From the IMG/VR virus record IMGVR_UViG_3300028797_000122: 57,371 bases of DNA. One strand, 5' to 3'. The translations under genes were made by a program, and so were the position numbers. Of the stretch, positions 27,392 to 37,085 are shown piece after piece (positions within the stretch are counted from its first letter, which is position 1; each line of letters starts with the position of its first letter). This stretch comes from an uncultured virus (IMG/VR IMGVR_UViG_3300028797_000122) (lineage: Duplodnaviria; Heunggongvirae; Uroviricota; Caudoviricetes). The notes under the pieces were generated by a model, which was given only the letters and a program-made list of their open reading frames with translations, was not told the origin of the DNA and did not search any database.

Positions 27392-28030
27392 ATGGGAAAG
27401 CTACCCTACAGTAAAAAAGAAATCGAGGGAAGAATCGCCTCGTTCAGGTCCAATTTTGAAAAGATGTACAGGATTTTGTACGAGACGCAGTTTGTTCCTC
27501 CTAATAGTCACTCAAGGGACATGTTGTATGATGCGTTGGACCATGTGGAACGCTGGCTTCAATGGCATGCGAACGAGTTTGAACGTGAAGATATCTTCAA
27601 TGGAATCCGTAAAGCAATCAAGCGAGATGCTGAAAAATTTGGGTTTCCCGCCTATGTTAACAAGACTACATTTTGTGCATTACTGTACATTGATGAGCTT
27701 TCCTCCAAGTTGATTGACGGAACATACCACCTTGTTCCTATTCCTACAACATATGAAGAATTTCGTTGGTGTACTGGATATGAACCCGAGGATGGCATGG
27801 TATGTTTCAAGCTTGTTGTCAAAGACAATGACGGCAATCAGGTTGGCAATTATTCTTGGACGGAATGCCACAACAAGGAAAAGGCTGCAGAATGTAGGGA
27901 ACCTTGGATGATAATCAAGGATTGCCCGCCTAGTCGGAAACGCAATCTCCCGCCTACCGATGACATAAAGCCAGGAGATAAATTTTCTGACTATGACAAA
28001 CGGAAGCCGAATTATACTGACCTGTTCTAA
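27392..28030 (+). CDS. hypothetical protein
   Basis: ORF with RBS. Confidence 0.75.
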   Translation: MGKLPYSKKEIEGRIASFRSNFEKMYRILYETQFVPPNSHSRDMLYDALDHVERWLQWHANEFEREDIFNGIRKAIKRDAEKFGFPAYVNKTTFCALLYIDELSSKLIDGTYHLVPIPTTYEEFRWCTGYEPEDGMVCFKLVVKDNDGNQVGNYSWTECHNKEKAAECREPWMIIKDCPPSRKRNLPPTDDIKPGDKFSDYDKRKPNYTDLF

Positions 28031-28052
28031 AATACTGCTTTTGTAAATCTTT

Positions 28053-28086
28053 AATCCGCATCACTCCGATGCGGGTTTTCTTTTTA
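28053..28086 (+). terminator. intrinsic terminator
   Basis: AATCCGCATC-5-GATGCGGGTT plus T-rich tail. Confidence 0.75.
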
Positions 28087-28099
28087 TTTCTTGACCCCC

Positions 28100-28128
28100 T
28101 TGCAGCGACGGGAAAAATTATGTATATT
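28100..28128 (+). promoter_or_regulatory. sigma70-type early promoter
   Basis: TTGCAG-N17-TATATT. Confidence 0.65.
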
Positions 28129-28160
28129 TCATAAAAAATCTTTATAAAGGAGCGTTCGAA

Positions 28161-28574
28161 ATGAGAATCGTTAAAGTCTGTGCCGAAGTCCGCTACAAGC
28201 AGGATGCACATATCAAAACACCAGAGATGGATGGCTTCTACGAGGATTCCAACGGGGAGATGCCGTGCATGGAAGGCTCCTGCTGGCGCCCCGAAATCGA
28301 CGTAGACCGTGGCGTCATCCTCAACTGGACTCCCGGTACGGAAGCCCGGTTGAATTACAAGGTATGTGACTGCTTCTCGGCGGACGTCTTGGATGACGGC
28401 AATGTTATCGCCAATGTTGAGAACGAGTATGTCCCGAGCTTCATGAGCCCGAGAGAAGAAGGCTACGGCGACTACATCTGCATGAACATCAAGGCTGATG
28501 GAACCATCGAAGACTGGAACAAGTTGTCGTTCGACAAGTGGCTTAAACGTATTGGCAAGGATGAGGATGAATAA
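28161..28574 (+). CDS. phage hypothetical protein
   Basis: AAGGAG RBS; YKVCD, YVP, GYGDYI pattern. Confidence 0.75.
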   Translation: MRIVKVCAEVRYKQDAHIKTPEMDGFYEDSNGEMPCMEGSCWRPEIDVDRGVILNWTPGTEARLNYKVCDCFSADVLDDGNVIANVENEYVPSFMSPREEGYGDYICMNIKADGTIEDWNKLSFDKWLKRIGKDEDE

Positions 28575-29026
28575 TGTCGCTTGATATCATACTTAAATGG
28601 GGAAAGGGCCGTGGCCGGAAGTCCGACAGCCGCAACATCACCCACAATGCGGGCAAGATTGCACAGCATGTCGTTCTCTATGATTTTCAGGGCGAAGGCG
28701 AGGTTACACTCTATGACGTGCTGTGGAATCATGCCGACAAGAAAATGAAAGCGAGGGAACTCATCGAGGACCTCAGCAACGGGTTACGCCTTCTTTCCGA
28801 AAATGCCAAGCGTCTGAAACGGTACGAGACTATCGTCAAGAAGGAACCCGAGATTATTAACGGAAAGGTTACAATCAAGGAACTCCCTCAGTCCAAGTGG
28901 TACAAGTGGGGCAGCCTTGAAGAGACTGACCAGTACGGGAGAAGGTTCGGCTTAATCCCGTTCGTTGAAGACATCCTGCTTCTCTGCATCAAACATCCCG
29001 AAGCCGACGTTGAATGGAGCCGCTAA
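28574..29026 (+). CDS. hypothetical protein
   Basis: coupled ORF (MSLD..NITHN..WG). Confidence 0.7.
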   Translation: MSLDIILKWGKGRGRKSDSRNITHNAGKIAQHVVLYDFQGEGEVTLYDVLWNHADKKMKARELIEDLSNGLRLLSENAKRLKRYETIVKKEPEIINGKVTIKELPQSKWYKWGSLEETDQYGRRFGLIPFVEDILLLCIKHPEADVEWSR

Positions 29027-29027
29027 C

Positions 29028-29537
29028 ATGATTACTATAGAATATTTCAAGAAGGTCTGCAAAGACACCCTCGGGGAAAATAACTGCCGTTTCGAATATG
29101 TCAAGGACCCGCCTGATGGGGACATCTATATTGTTTCCGTTCAGTGCTGGTACAAGGACGAAAACACGCAGTTTCTCCGTGAAGAACGCAAGGTTGCTTC
29201 CATCTTCGTATACGAGGACGGTTCGTCTCTTGTTTGTGTCAAGCCGTATGGCAAGCACGATTCGTATGGAACCGAATGGCGTTTCAAGTTCAAGCGTCTC
29301 ATGAAGAAGCATACACTCGTGTATCGCAAGTACGACAGGCTTATGGAAGAGATGGCGATGGACTTCAAGAACATCTTTGCCAACACGGAAGAAAGCATCT
29401 ATTTCCTCTTCAAGACGATTTATGGAACCGAATGGGGGCCAGCTGCCTATCAGATGGCGTCGAACCTGCTCGAAACGATGCGCTTGCGTGACAGGAAAGC
29501 AACAATAGAAGGAGGCGACAATGCGCAATCTACCTAA
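29028..29537 (+). CDS. hypothetical protein
   Basis: ORF with GGAG RBS. Confidence 0.7.
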   Translation: MITIEYFKKVCKDTLGENNCRFEYVKDPPDGDIYIVSVQCWYKDENTQFLREERKVASIFVYEDGSSLVCVKPYGKHDSYGTEWRFKFKRLMKKHTLVYRKYDRLMEEMAMDFKNIFANTEESIYFLFKTIYGTEWGPAAYQMASNLLETMRLRDRKATIEGGDNAQST

Positions 29538-30006
29538 ATTCTATTACAGAGACCTCAAAGTCCGTGGAACCTGCTACCAGGCGTTGCCTGAAGTCGACCT
29601 CTTCGTCCGCAAGTATGTTGGAAGGGATGGATTCGAACGTGAAAAGTGGGTACGCCGACATCCGAAGACTGATGCCAAGTGGCGTTACCACCACATGGTA
29701 GAAGATGTTTTGACAACGGGAGGGGCGCCGACCCATCCTCTCATGATGAGACGCTATTTCTTCAAGCGCTGGTTCACTACCATGCAGAGTGAGTTCTGGC
29801 ATCACTTCCTAACTGAGTTCAAGCTAGGTATTTTGAAAGAGCTGATGCGTATGGTAAACCAATATGTGAATACGGGTAAGGTAGGCGATACGATGGCTCA
29901 AAAGGGAACCAAACTCGATACCGTATTTTCTGTCTTTATGCACTCAGCACAGAACGTTGCCTTAAAGAAAATGAAAAAGAACGTAGATTCAATTCCAGTT
30001 GTGTAG
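29521..30006 (+). CDS. hypothetical protein
   Basis: AGGAGG RBS. Confidence 0.7.
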   Translation: MRNLPKFYYRDLKVRGTCYQALPEVDLFVRKYVGRDGFEREKWVRRHPKTDAKWRYHHMVEDVLTTGGAPTHPLMMRRYFFKRWFTTMQSEFWHHFLTEFKLGILKELMRMVNQYVNTGKVGDTMAQKGTKLDTVFSVFMHSAQNVALKKMKKNVDSIPVV

Positions 30007-30041
30007 AAGCTCACCGTAATCGAATACCGCAAGGACTCTAA

Positions 30042-30653
30042 ATGAAAATCTATTTCGTTAGACACGCCCCCACTTCCGCAAACAGTACTGGCACGATGGC
30101 TGTCGGCTACGAGAATGCCGACATCACGCTACTGGACAAGCCGGACGACTGGGAAGATACTGTTGGTTGTCACATCCCCGCAGAAGCCCGCAGGGTTATC
30201 CTCAGTTCTCCTACGAAGCGCTGCGTCAGCACCGCAAAGATGCTGTTTGACACATATCCGACCGAGCTGACCGAACTTCTCGGTGAGTTCGACTGCAAGG
30301 CGCTCGGGAAGCTTAAATTCTGGGAGATATCCGAGACGGAGTTCACCCAGAAGGTGTTCCTGCCCGCAGCCACTATGGAAAGCCGTGCGAGGGCCATCCT
30401 GAGAGAACTCGTGAACAATGTACGGCACGAGGAACAGGTGGATTCTTTTGTCGCCATATCCCACGGTATGGTGATACGCTACCTGTACCATTTTCTGAAC
30501 GGCAACCCAGGCATTTCCGCCTACAAAGTAATCAACTCGGTCGGATTCCGCTTTTCAAACCTCGACCTGCTCGTGGTTGACACCGACAAGATGAAAACCG
30601 AGGATTACCACTGGAATAAGCCCATCGACCATGCCGGGGTAGTTGAACACTGA
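30042..30653 (+). CDS. histidine phosphatase (PGM family)
   Basis: FVRHA.T..N, SSPTKRC..TA, E, SHG. Confidence 0.88.
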   Translation: MKIYFVRHAPTSANSTGTMAVGYENADITLLDKPDDWEDTVGCHIPAEARRVILSSPTKRCVSTAKMLFDTYPTELTELLGEFDCKALGKLKFWEISETEFTQKVFLPAATMESRARAILRELVNNVRHEEQVDSFVAISHGMVIRYLYHFLNGNPGISAYKVINSVGFRFSNLDLLVVDTDKMKTEDYHWNKPIDHAGVVEH

Positions 30654-30666
30654 AAATGGAGGCAAT

Positions 30667-30885
30667 ATGGCCGCAACTGTATTTTGGATAGTGTTGGGCA
30701 TTGCTGGCGTTACTGGTATCGTCTGCGGCACCATGGTCACTATCAAAAAACTATCTTTCCGTTGCAAGCATCAATGGAAAACAGTCAAAGAAATCGACAT
30801 TGTTGCTCAGGGCTCCGTAATCGGCTACCGCTATATCCAGCAGTGTGTACATTGCGGGGCAATCCAGCATGTCGATTGCGACTAA
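30667..30885 (+). CDS. small TM/Cys protein
   Basis: GGAGG RBS; TM, C.H.W and CxxCG. Confidence 0.65.
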   Translation: MAATVFWIVLGIAGVTGIVCGTMVTIKKLSFRCKHQWKTVKEIDIVAQGSVIGYRYIQQCVHCGAIQHVDCD

Positions 30886-30896
30886 CGGAGGTAAGA

Positions 30897-31199
30897 ATGA
30901 GTAACTACAAAACTACGCTCGAAATCGTCGGCCAGCCAAACCGCAACGGTCGCATATACTCTGACGAGCTTCTTGCAAAGTACAACGAGTCCTGCCCGAA
31001 GGAAATGCGTTACGGCGACAGGGTGGTTGGCCACCTGGACCATGTGTCCTATGATGGAGAACGCTACATTGCCGCAATGACCCTCAACGAGAACATCGGA
31101 AATCCGCCAATAGGCATCCGAGGCGTTGCCGACATCTCCGAAGACGGAGAATGCCGTGCATTGAGCATCGAGTCGATAGATTTTATCAAGGAGAGGTAA
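30897..31199 (+). CDS. miniature degenerate prohead-protease (T4 gp21-like) homologue
   Basis: GGAGG RBS; NRNGRIYS..LL, GHLDH, IGIRG, SIDFI in gp21 motif order. Confidence 0.6.
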   Translation: MSNYKTTLEIVGQPNRNGRIYSDELLAKYNESCPKEMRYGDRVVGHLDHVSYDGERYIAAMTLNENIGNPPIGIRGVADISEDGECRALSIESIDFIKER

Positions 31200-31200
31200 C

Positions 31201-31458
31201 ATGGTGCATACCCCAGAAGAAGAGAAACTTTTAAAATACTGTGAAGCCAACAAGATTGATTTTGACGGAGGGTTTCACCGTTCGATGGTAATCCTTGCAG
31301 AAGACTGCTTCAATGAAATGAAGAAGCTGGGTGACAAGGCGAAAGTCCGTGATATACACAAGTATCTCGCAGCTGTCCATCTTGTGACCGTCGAACGGAT
31401 GGAAGCGGGTTTTAGGAAACATCTCGCCGAACTGGAACGATTGAACAAGGACTCCTAA
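31201..31458 (+). CDS. hypothetical protein
   Basis: GAGG RBS. Confidence 0.7.
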   Translation: MVHTPEEEKLLKYCEANKIDFDGGFHRSMVILAEDCFNEMKKLGDKAKVRDIHKYLAAVHLVTVERMEAGFRKHLAELERLNKDS

Positions 31459-31472
31459 TTGGAGGAAACCTC

Positions 31473-32234
31473 ATGAAAGATGACGACGATTATGTATTGG
31501 ATGAAACCGTCCAGATGTTCTGGCCCGTTTGTATTGAACCCTTAGATGAAGACAAGTGGTTCGACGATGACTACGACGGCCCTACCTACGATACCCCCGA
31601 TGAACAGATTCCGCTGCTTCCTGACCTGTTCGACAAATTCTCGACTTCGTGGCAGTCGATGCACAGCCCGTATGCCCCCGAGGATATCCCTAAGGGAGTG
31701 AAGGTGCATGGCATATTCTTCACGTTCGATAAGGAGCTTGGCGTGTGCGTATGTGCGAACTACAAGTTCTCGTACAAGCTTCTCCGTAGTTCGGAAGGGT
31801 TCAAGAAGGTAATCAAGAAGCTCGCCGAGGACATTGAAACGGGTTTCGACTCGTGGCTGAATACCCATTTCACATTCACGCATGAGGGCAAACGGTTCGA
31901 CGTAACATCTGGACCATCTGCAAAGCGTATCGTGGCCCCAGTGGAATGCCATGACCAGCTGTACTTCAAGTGGGACGATGTCGATGATGTAGGCGACGTG
32001 GAGATGGCCCTTTCCCACGATAACGACTGTTTCAACATCATCTGGCGACCGAAGGAACACAAGAAGACTCTCGACAGGGTTAAGAGGCGTCTCGAAACAT
32101 TCACTAAACTAGCGGTCGCCCGTGGTGTAAATCCCGACGAGGAGTATTGCATCATCGAGGACAAGAAGACCCTCGAAGCTTTCAAGTTCGTCAAGCAGCA
32201 CAAGAAACAGTATTTTTTCGGACATTTCCATTAA
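31473..32234 (+). CDS. hypothetical protein
   Basis: GGAGG RBS. Confidence 0.75.
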   Translation: MKDDDDYVLDETVQMFWPVCIEPLDEDKWFDDDYDGPTYDTPDEQIPLLPDLFDKFSTSWQSMHSPYAPEDIPKGVKVHGIFFTFDKELGVCVCANYKFSYKLLRSSEGFKKVIKKLAEDIETGFDSWLNTHFTFTHEGKRFDVTSGPSAKRIVAPVECHDQLYFKWDDVDDVGDVEMALSHDNDCFNIIWRPKEHKKTLDRVKRRLETFTKLAVARGVNPDEEYCIIEDKKTLEAFKFVKQHKKQYFFGHFH

Positions 32235-32244
32235 CGGAGTAAAC

Positions 32245-32709
32245 ATGAACATTTTTAAGGAATTTATCATCTATCTTGCAAACAAGTTCCAGGAACAGCC
32301 AAGCAAGGAAGTCATCGATTTGCGTAATCAGATTAAAGAAGCGAACAGCCTGTATTACACCTCCGCCGAGGAAAATACAAAGCTCCGCAACAAGCTTAGC
32401 CGACTGTCGTTCAAGACCACATGGTATGACCGTGACCATTACCCCATGCCATTAAACCGCCGCCTGATTGTACAGGGTAAAGATGGCAAGTATTATGTCG
32501 GAAGAACTATGAAGGATGTCCAAGGACGGACGGAATTCCATATCGAATACGAACTGACTCCTGTCAATCCGAAACTAATAGGCTCTGTCATGTTGGAAAT
32601 CCTTGGGATGTCTTCATGGGCGAAGCAATGGAAGGTCTTCGAGTTTCCTGAAGACAAGGAGTCAGAACCGAAGAAATCAGCCGAGGATTGCAAGATAGGT
32701 GCCCGATAG
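32245..32709 (+). CDS. hypothetical protein
   Basis: GGAG RBS. Confidence 0.7.
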   Translation: MNIFKEFIIYLANKFQEQPSKEVIDLRNQIKEANSLYYTSAEENTKLRNKLSRLSFKTTWYDRDHYPMPLNRRLIVQGKDGKYYVGRTMKDVQGRTEFHIEYELTPVNPKLIGSVMLEILGMSSWAKQWKVFEFPEDKESEPKKSAEDCKIGAR

Positions 32710-32717
32710 TATAAACT
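32710..32717 (+). promoter_or_regulatory. putative late promoter TATAAACT (probably leaderless gene)
   Basis: motif 6 nt before the ATG, no SD. Confidence 0.55.
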
Positions 32718-32723
32718 GTTTGC

Positions 32724-33545
32724 ATGAACAGGAAGGCACTTTTTGAAGAACAGCTCGTGAAAATGGGTCTCCCCCCGAAGACGAAGGACATGGTCATGAA
32801 ACTCAATGACGCATGTTTCAAGGAGCGGGATGACAAGAACCCGTGTATCGACGAATACGGGTTCTATAAGGACCCGATGTCTTGTGACATCGAGACGTTG
32901 AAACGGGCGTGGGACGAACCCATCAGGGAGGACAAGAACCCGTTTGAAATCAAGGAAGTCGACGGGCCTACCCACGACAAGCCAATCGGCGGTTACATCC
33001 CGATTAAATCACAGCAGGAAAAGGACGACGAGGAATACGCCGACGACCCGCTGTACCAGTTCTCCAAGCGTATCCGCCACGAGTTCGACCGAAAGAGCCG
33101 ATACAGACTTCCGTTCAGCGGCAAGTATCAAATGAATTACATCGTCGGCCCTGAGGTTGACGACCCCGAGAACCACATGTTCGACGGATTCCCTAAGACG
33201 CTTGATTTCATGAAGGAACACAGGGGATGGCTCTGCGGCCAGATTTCATCACACAGCATGCCTGAATACATGGGCGGCATGGTCAAGATGCTGATAGGCA
33301 GTTGGTATATCACCCTGCTCGTCGTGAAGGACCCAGATTCTTCTAGGGTGGACTACTGTGTGTACGGTGGGCCCATGCTCTACATGAAGCACGGGACGAT
33401 GTATGACGGAGACTGCCTTGCGACCAGCAATACAGACGACGTGGAAGAAATCAAGATGATTTGCCACAAGATTCTGCACGAGGCGTACGACAATGCGGTC
33501 AAGGCACAGTTCCAGTCCATCCGCAAGACCAGTCTCGACGTTTAA
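32724..33545 (+). CDS. hypothetical late protein with shared leader
   Basis: ORF; MNRKALFEE..MGL...CFKE. Confidence 0.75.
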   Translation: MNRKALFEEQLVKMGLPPKTKDMVMKLNDACFKERDDKNPCIDEYGFYKDPMSCDIETLKRAWDEPIREDKNPFEIKEVDGPTHDKPIGGYIPIKSQQEKDDEEYADDPLYQFSKRIRHEFDRKSRYRLPFSGKYQMNYIVGPEVDDPENHMFDGFPKTLDFMKEHRGWLCGQISSHSMPEYMGGMVKMLIGSWYITLLVVKDPDSSRVDYCVYGGPMLYMKHGTMYDGDCLATSNTDDVEEIKMICHKILHEAYDNAVKAQFQSIRKTSLDV

Positions 33546-33578
33546 TCGACATTTTACTCAAAATCTCAGTGGAACCAC

Positions 33579-33607
33579 TTGCCAAAGTGGTACAAAATAG
33601 GTATATT
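33579..33607 (+). promoter_or_regulatory. sigma70-type early promoter
   Basis: TTGCCA-N17-TATATT; ACCACTT/AAGTGGT inverted repeat over the -35. Confidence 0.75.
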
Positions 33608-33639
33608 TATAAAAAAAGTTTCATTACAAGGAGAAACCT

Positions 33640-33924
33640 ATGTTCGGTATCGAACCTAATCTTGACAAAGTGTTCGGCGGAATGTTGAAGCCGAAGCAGC
33701 AGAAACTCGTTGATTACACCCAGTATCGCATGGAACGTGATTCCGTCCGTTACGACATTTTTGGCCGTAGGGTGTGCAACTCCGCTCTTATGTGGCACGA
33801 AAGCGCCCGTTTCTGGTTTGACCGTAAGGAAAGAGTAATCATTCCTGAACTGAGCCCGTACATGGATGTCCTCGGGGCAAAGCTGTTCCCGGATACGTTG
33901 GTCCGTTTCGGAATCCATCCTTAA
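33640..33924 (+). CDS. hypothetical protein
   Basis: AAGGAG RBS. Confidence 0.7.
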   Translation: MFGIEPNLDKVFGGMLKPKQQKLVDYTQYRMERDSVRYDIFGRRVCNSALMWHESARFWFDRKERVIIPELSPYMDVLGAKLFPDTLVRFGIHP

Positions 33925-33941
33925 TCCGTTCGGAGGAACCC

Positions 33942-34679
33942 ATGGGTACAATCCACGAATACATGAGTGCATATCCTTACTACGACGAGAACAAGTGGAG
34001 TTGGTCCATCGAGAATCCGAATAAGGATAATGCCCTGTTCATGCGTTACCGTGCCAGGAAGGGTAAGGATTATCGCAACATGGACAAGCTTCCGTTCTTC
34101 GACTCAATCGAGAAGGATGCAAACCAGTTCGGTATGCGGTCGTGTACCTTTACCGACATCTTTGGCATTACCTGGAAGGGAACGAAGGGTTGCCACATGG
34201 TTTCCGATGACCCTGACTACGAACAGCACCTTTACTACTACGACGAGGAAAGCGACGGATACCTTGTCTCTGACGAGTACACGCAGGATAATCCGCCCGC
34301 TGATTTCGTTAAGTTGAGAAACCCTAGATGGGATATGTGGGTTGATGTCAAGGGTATCAAGACGCTCTACTACAAATGGGTTCAGAACAATAACCACCTG
34401 TTCAAGGATTCCGTGTTCTATGCGGAATACGATGACGGTACTAAGCTTTCGTTCTACGACGTTATAGGTCTGATGTACGGACTGAAACGTCTTCGTCCAG
34501 ACCTCTACGATGATGTCCTTCCAGAAATTGAACGTCATTTCGAGAACCTGCGTGATAACGAACGTCTTGAAGTCAAGGAGTTCTGGCCTGGGATGACCGC
34601 CCGTGAGTATTTCGAGAAATGGAACGAGGCCAAAGATTACTCTGAAAAGACTGGCGAGCCTATCGCTACGGACGCCTAA
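33942..34679 (+). CDS. hypothetical protein
   Basis: GGAGG RBS. Confidence 0.75.
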   Translation: MGTIHEYMSAYPYYDENKWSWSIENPNKDNALFMRYRARKGKDYRNMDKLPFFDSIEKDANQFGMRSCTFTDIFGITWKGTKGCHMVSDDPDYEQHLYYYDEESDGYLVSDEYTQDNPPADFVKLRNPRWDMWVDVKGIKTLYYKWVQNNNHLFKDSVFYAEYDDGTKLSFYDVIGLMYGLKRLRPDLYDDVLPEIERHFENLRDNERLEVKEFWPGMTAREYFEKWNEAKDYSEKTGEPIATDA

Positions 34680-34699
34680 TTACACTTAAAGGAAACACA

Positions 34700-35209
34700 A
34701 TGAAAACAATTCGTCACTCGGTTTTTGAAACCAATTCCAGTTCTTGCCATGTAGTCACCTTGCTGAACTCATACGAAATGGAACAGTTCAATAATGGTGA
34801 ACTGCTCGTCGAGTTCGGCAGAAGCCAAGGCGCAAAGATTGTCGCAAACTTCGTTGAGAAGTTCCGTTTTGGCTATGACCTCGAACACCTGCAATTCGGC
34901 TACGATTACAAGGAAGAAAAACCCACCTATTACGACCTTCCGAGGGAAAGCTTGGAGAAACTGAGAGATGCCTTGTGGGATTTGCTTCAGGAAGGCATGA
35001 AGACTCATATCGAGCATTTTGATGACAAGGTCGCCTCGATATTCTCTGATGCTGGCGTAACGGATGAATTGTACATCGAACGGGTTAAAAACTACATTGA
35101 AGACTTTGCTGGTGTATCTACCGTTAATCACCTCATGGAAGACATGACGACATACACGATGCCTAACGGCGAGGTCATGCATTTCAGTTGTCATGAGTTC
35201 GAGTGTTAA
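34700..35209 (+). CDS. phage protein (R..VFETNSSS.H type)
   Basis: N-terminal IRHSVFETNSSSCH motif recalled from large phages. Confidence 0.75.
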   Translation: MKTIRHSVFETNSSSCHVVTLLNSYEMEQFNNGELLVEFGRSQGAKIVANFVEKFRFGYDLEHLQFGYDYKEEKPTYYDLPRESLEKLRDALWDLLQEGMKTHIEHFDDKVASIFSDAGVTDELYIERVKNYIEDFAGVSTVNHLMEDMTTYTMPNGEVMHFSCHEFEC

Positions 35210-35210
35210 T

Positions 35211-35654
35211 ATGAGAACGTGGCTCCAACTAAGTATTCTCAGGAGTGCTGCTGACAACGGTTACCGTTTGGCTATAAATGGTACACTGATTGACCAGAAG
35301 CCTCCTTTTGGTTCGTCTGAGATTGAACTGAGCACCCATAAGCTGGCCGACCTTCTCGATATCGACACCCTCGTTGACATGCTTGATTACAAGAAGGAAT
35401 GCGAACGGTTGAAAACGCTCTTCTTCGTCTCCAACAGGGAGCTGTCCGACTGGGTTGACGCCAAGAAAGGACGCCGGATTCATGTGGTCAAGCCGAACCA
35501 GATGATTAACCAAGGAATATCCTACGAGAATTGGCCGTATTCGGAGGACACTGCGGAACTGAACGCCAGGAACGCTGGTGACATCTTCGTGGTTGAGGCA
35601 GGGTCCAGCACCCTGGAGCACCTGACCCGACGGGCGATTGGCCTGGATGTCTAA
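35211..35654 (+). CDS. hypothetical protein
   Basis: ORF in operon. Confidence 0.65.
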   Translation: MRTWLQLSILRSAADNGYRLAINGTLIDQKPPFGSSEIELSTHKLADLLDIDTLVDMLDYKKECERLKTLFFVSNRELSDWVDAKKGRRIHVVKPNQMINQGISYENWPYSEDTAELNARNAGDIFVVEAGSSTLEHLTRRAIGLDV

Positions 35655-35682
35655 GGTGACGCTTACTAAATATGGAGAAAAA

Positions 35683-35952
35683 ATGAAAAAGGTAATTCTA
35701 TTTATCATGGCTTTTGCCATGGCGGCATTTGCCGATATTAAACTGGACTTCCAGGTCTCGGTTAACCGCATGGGCTGTTCCCTCATCCAGTGGGTCGAAA
35801 ACGGCTATGAATCTGGGGTGAAGTGGAAGCACTACGGCAAGTTCGCCTGCAAGGAGGAAATCAAGGCTCCCGTCAAGATTGTCGGCCTGAAATTCCTGTA
35901 TGTCGGCGAGAACTTGAAGGGCGAGTACATTTACGTCTATGGCGAGGACTAG
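35683..35952 (+). CDS. secreted small protein
   Basis: Sec signal MKKVILFIMAFAMAAFA-D; GGAG RBS. Confidence 0.7.
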   Translation: MKKVILFIMAFAMAAFADIKLDFQVSVNRMGCSLIQWVENGYESGVKWKHYGKFACKEEIKAPVKIVGLKFLYVGENLKGEYIYVYGED

Positions 35953-36291
35953 ATGGCCACGATGATTCCAGACATAGCCTTGGAAACCACTCTTGAATGG
36001 CTGGCGAAGTTCAACCGCCACGAGTACTTCACCAAGGGACTCTACAAGAAGCTTCCTAAGTACAAGGAATGCGGTGTTCGCCGTGAAAAGACTGAAATCC
36101 AGGTGGCTTTCATCTGCAAGGCGTTGCAACTGAAAGGCATCTATACGACACCTTGCGGAGTCGCCTGGTCAAAGATATGGGACGATTCCAAGACGGTCGA
36201 TGATTACCTGAAACCATATCAGGATATCATCGACGGCTATGTGAAATGGTGTGAAGAGCAGAACAATAAGATAAGGGCTAATCATGGCTGA
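35953..36291 (+). CDS. hypothetical protein
   Basis: GAGG RBS. Confidence 0.7.
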   Translation: MATMIPDIALETTLEWLAKFNRHEYFTKGLYKKLPKYKECGVRREKTEIQVAFICKALQLKGIYTTPCGVAWSKIWDDSKTVDDYLKPYQDIIDGYVKWCEEQNNKIRANHG

Positions 36292-36496
36292 AACATGGCT
36301 TGGAACATCGAAGATGGAACAGGAGGCGAACTACTTCGCACACTGCCTGCTCATGCCCGAGGAGATGCTGATACCAGACTGGGAGAAGTCATCCAAGGAT
36401 TCCGCAGCGGTAGACAAGCTCGCCGATGAATACCATGTCACACGTACGACCATGCTGGTACGACTGAGTGGACTCGGCCTATACAAGGAGGACTAA
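36284..36496 (+). CDS. ImmA/IrrE-like C-terminal fragment
   Basis: E.EANYFA..LLMP...LA..Y.VT......RL; no HExxH. Confidence 0.7.
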   Translation: MAETWLGTSKMEQEANYFAHCLLMPEEMLIPDWEKSSKDSAAVDKLADEYHVTRTTMLVRLSGLGLYKED

Positions 36497-36497
36497 A

Positions 36498-36692
36498 ATG
36501 TCTGACGTAATTAAAGGATTGACAAACGACCTGCTTTGGAAGAATATCTACAAGTTCTCATCCAAGTGGAATCTGGCCATAATCTGCGTTGCAATCCCAG
36601 AACCCGTCGTCGAGCAGCTGAGACGGGATTTTTCAGCGGCCTATCCCGACAAGGATTTCGACACCGAGTGGGAAACCTGTATAAAGGAATAA
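36498..36692 (+). CDS. hypothetical protein
   Basis: AGGAGG RBS. Confidence 0.65.
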   Translation: MSDVIKGLTNDLLWKNIYKFSSKWNLAIICVAIPEPVVEQLRRDFSAAYPDKDFDTEWETCIKE

Positions 36693-36696
36693 TATT

Positions 36697-36978
36697 ATGG
36701 CAGAGTCGATGGATACCAAGATTGCTAAATACAACATACGTTCCCGTTATACATTCGCCATGCGCAACCTGATGATTGCTCAATCGGTTAACGAGAAGGT
36801 AAAGAATTTGAGGCATACAATAACAGGATTGCCTGTTCCAGACACGTTCGATACGAAACTTACGTTGCATACACCTAAGGATTGGATTGTCATTTGGTCT
36901 AAGGTCCACGTCAGGGTTAGTATCTATCTTGCCAACCTTCGGTATAATGCGTGTCTAAACAATGAAAACCGTCAATGA
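36697..36978 (+). CDS. hypothetical protein
   Basis: AAGGA RBS. Confidence 0.6.
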   Translation: MAESMDTKIAKYNIRSRYTFAMRNLMIAQSVNEKVKNLRHTITGLPVPDTFDTKLTLHTPKDWIVIWSKVHVRVSIYLANLRYNACLNNENRQ

Positions 36979-36990
36979 CGAATAAATCAC

Positions 36991-37064
36991 TGTCCCGTAG
37001 TTTAACTGGAAAAATGTGGCCCTCCGAAGGCCAAGACGTGCGTGTTCGAATCACGTCGGGACAA
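36991..37064 (+). tRNA. tRNA-Arg(CCG)
   Basis: acceptor TGTCCCG/CGGGACA, anticodon arm TGGCC-CTCCGAA-GGCCA, T-loop TTCGAAT; CCA not encoded. Confidence 0.88.
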
Positions 37065-37085
37065 CTTTAATACTTAGGTAGAATC

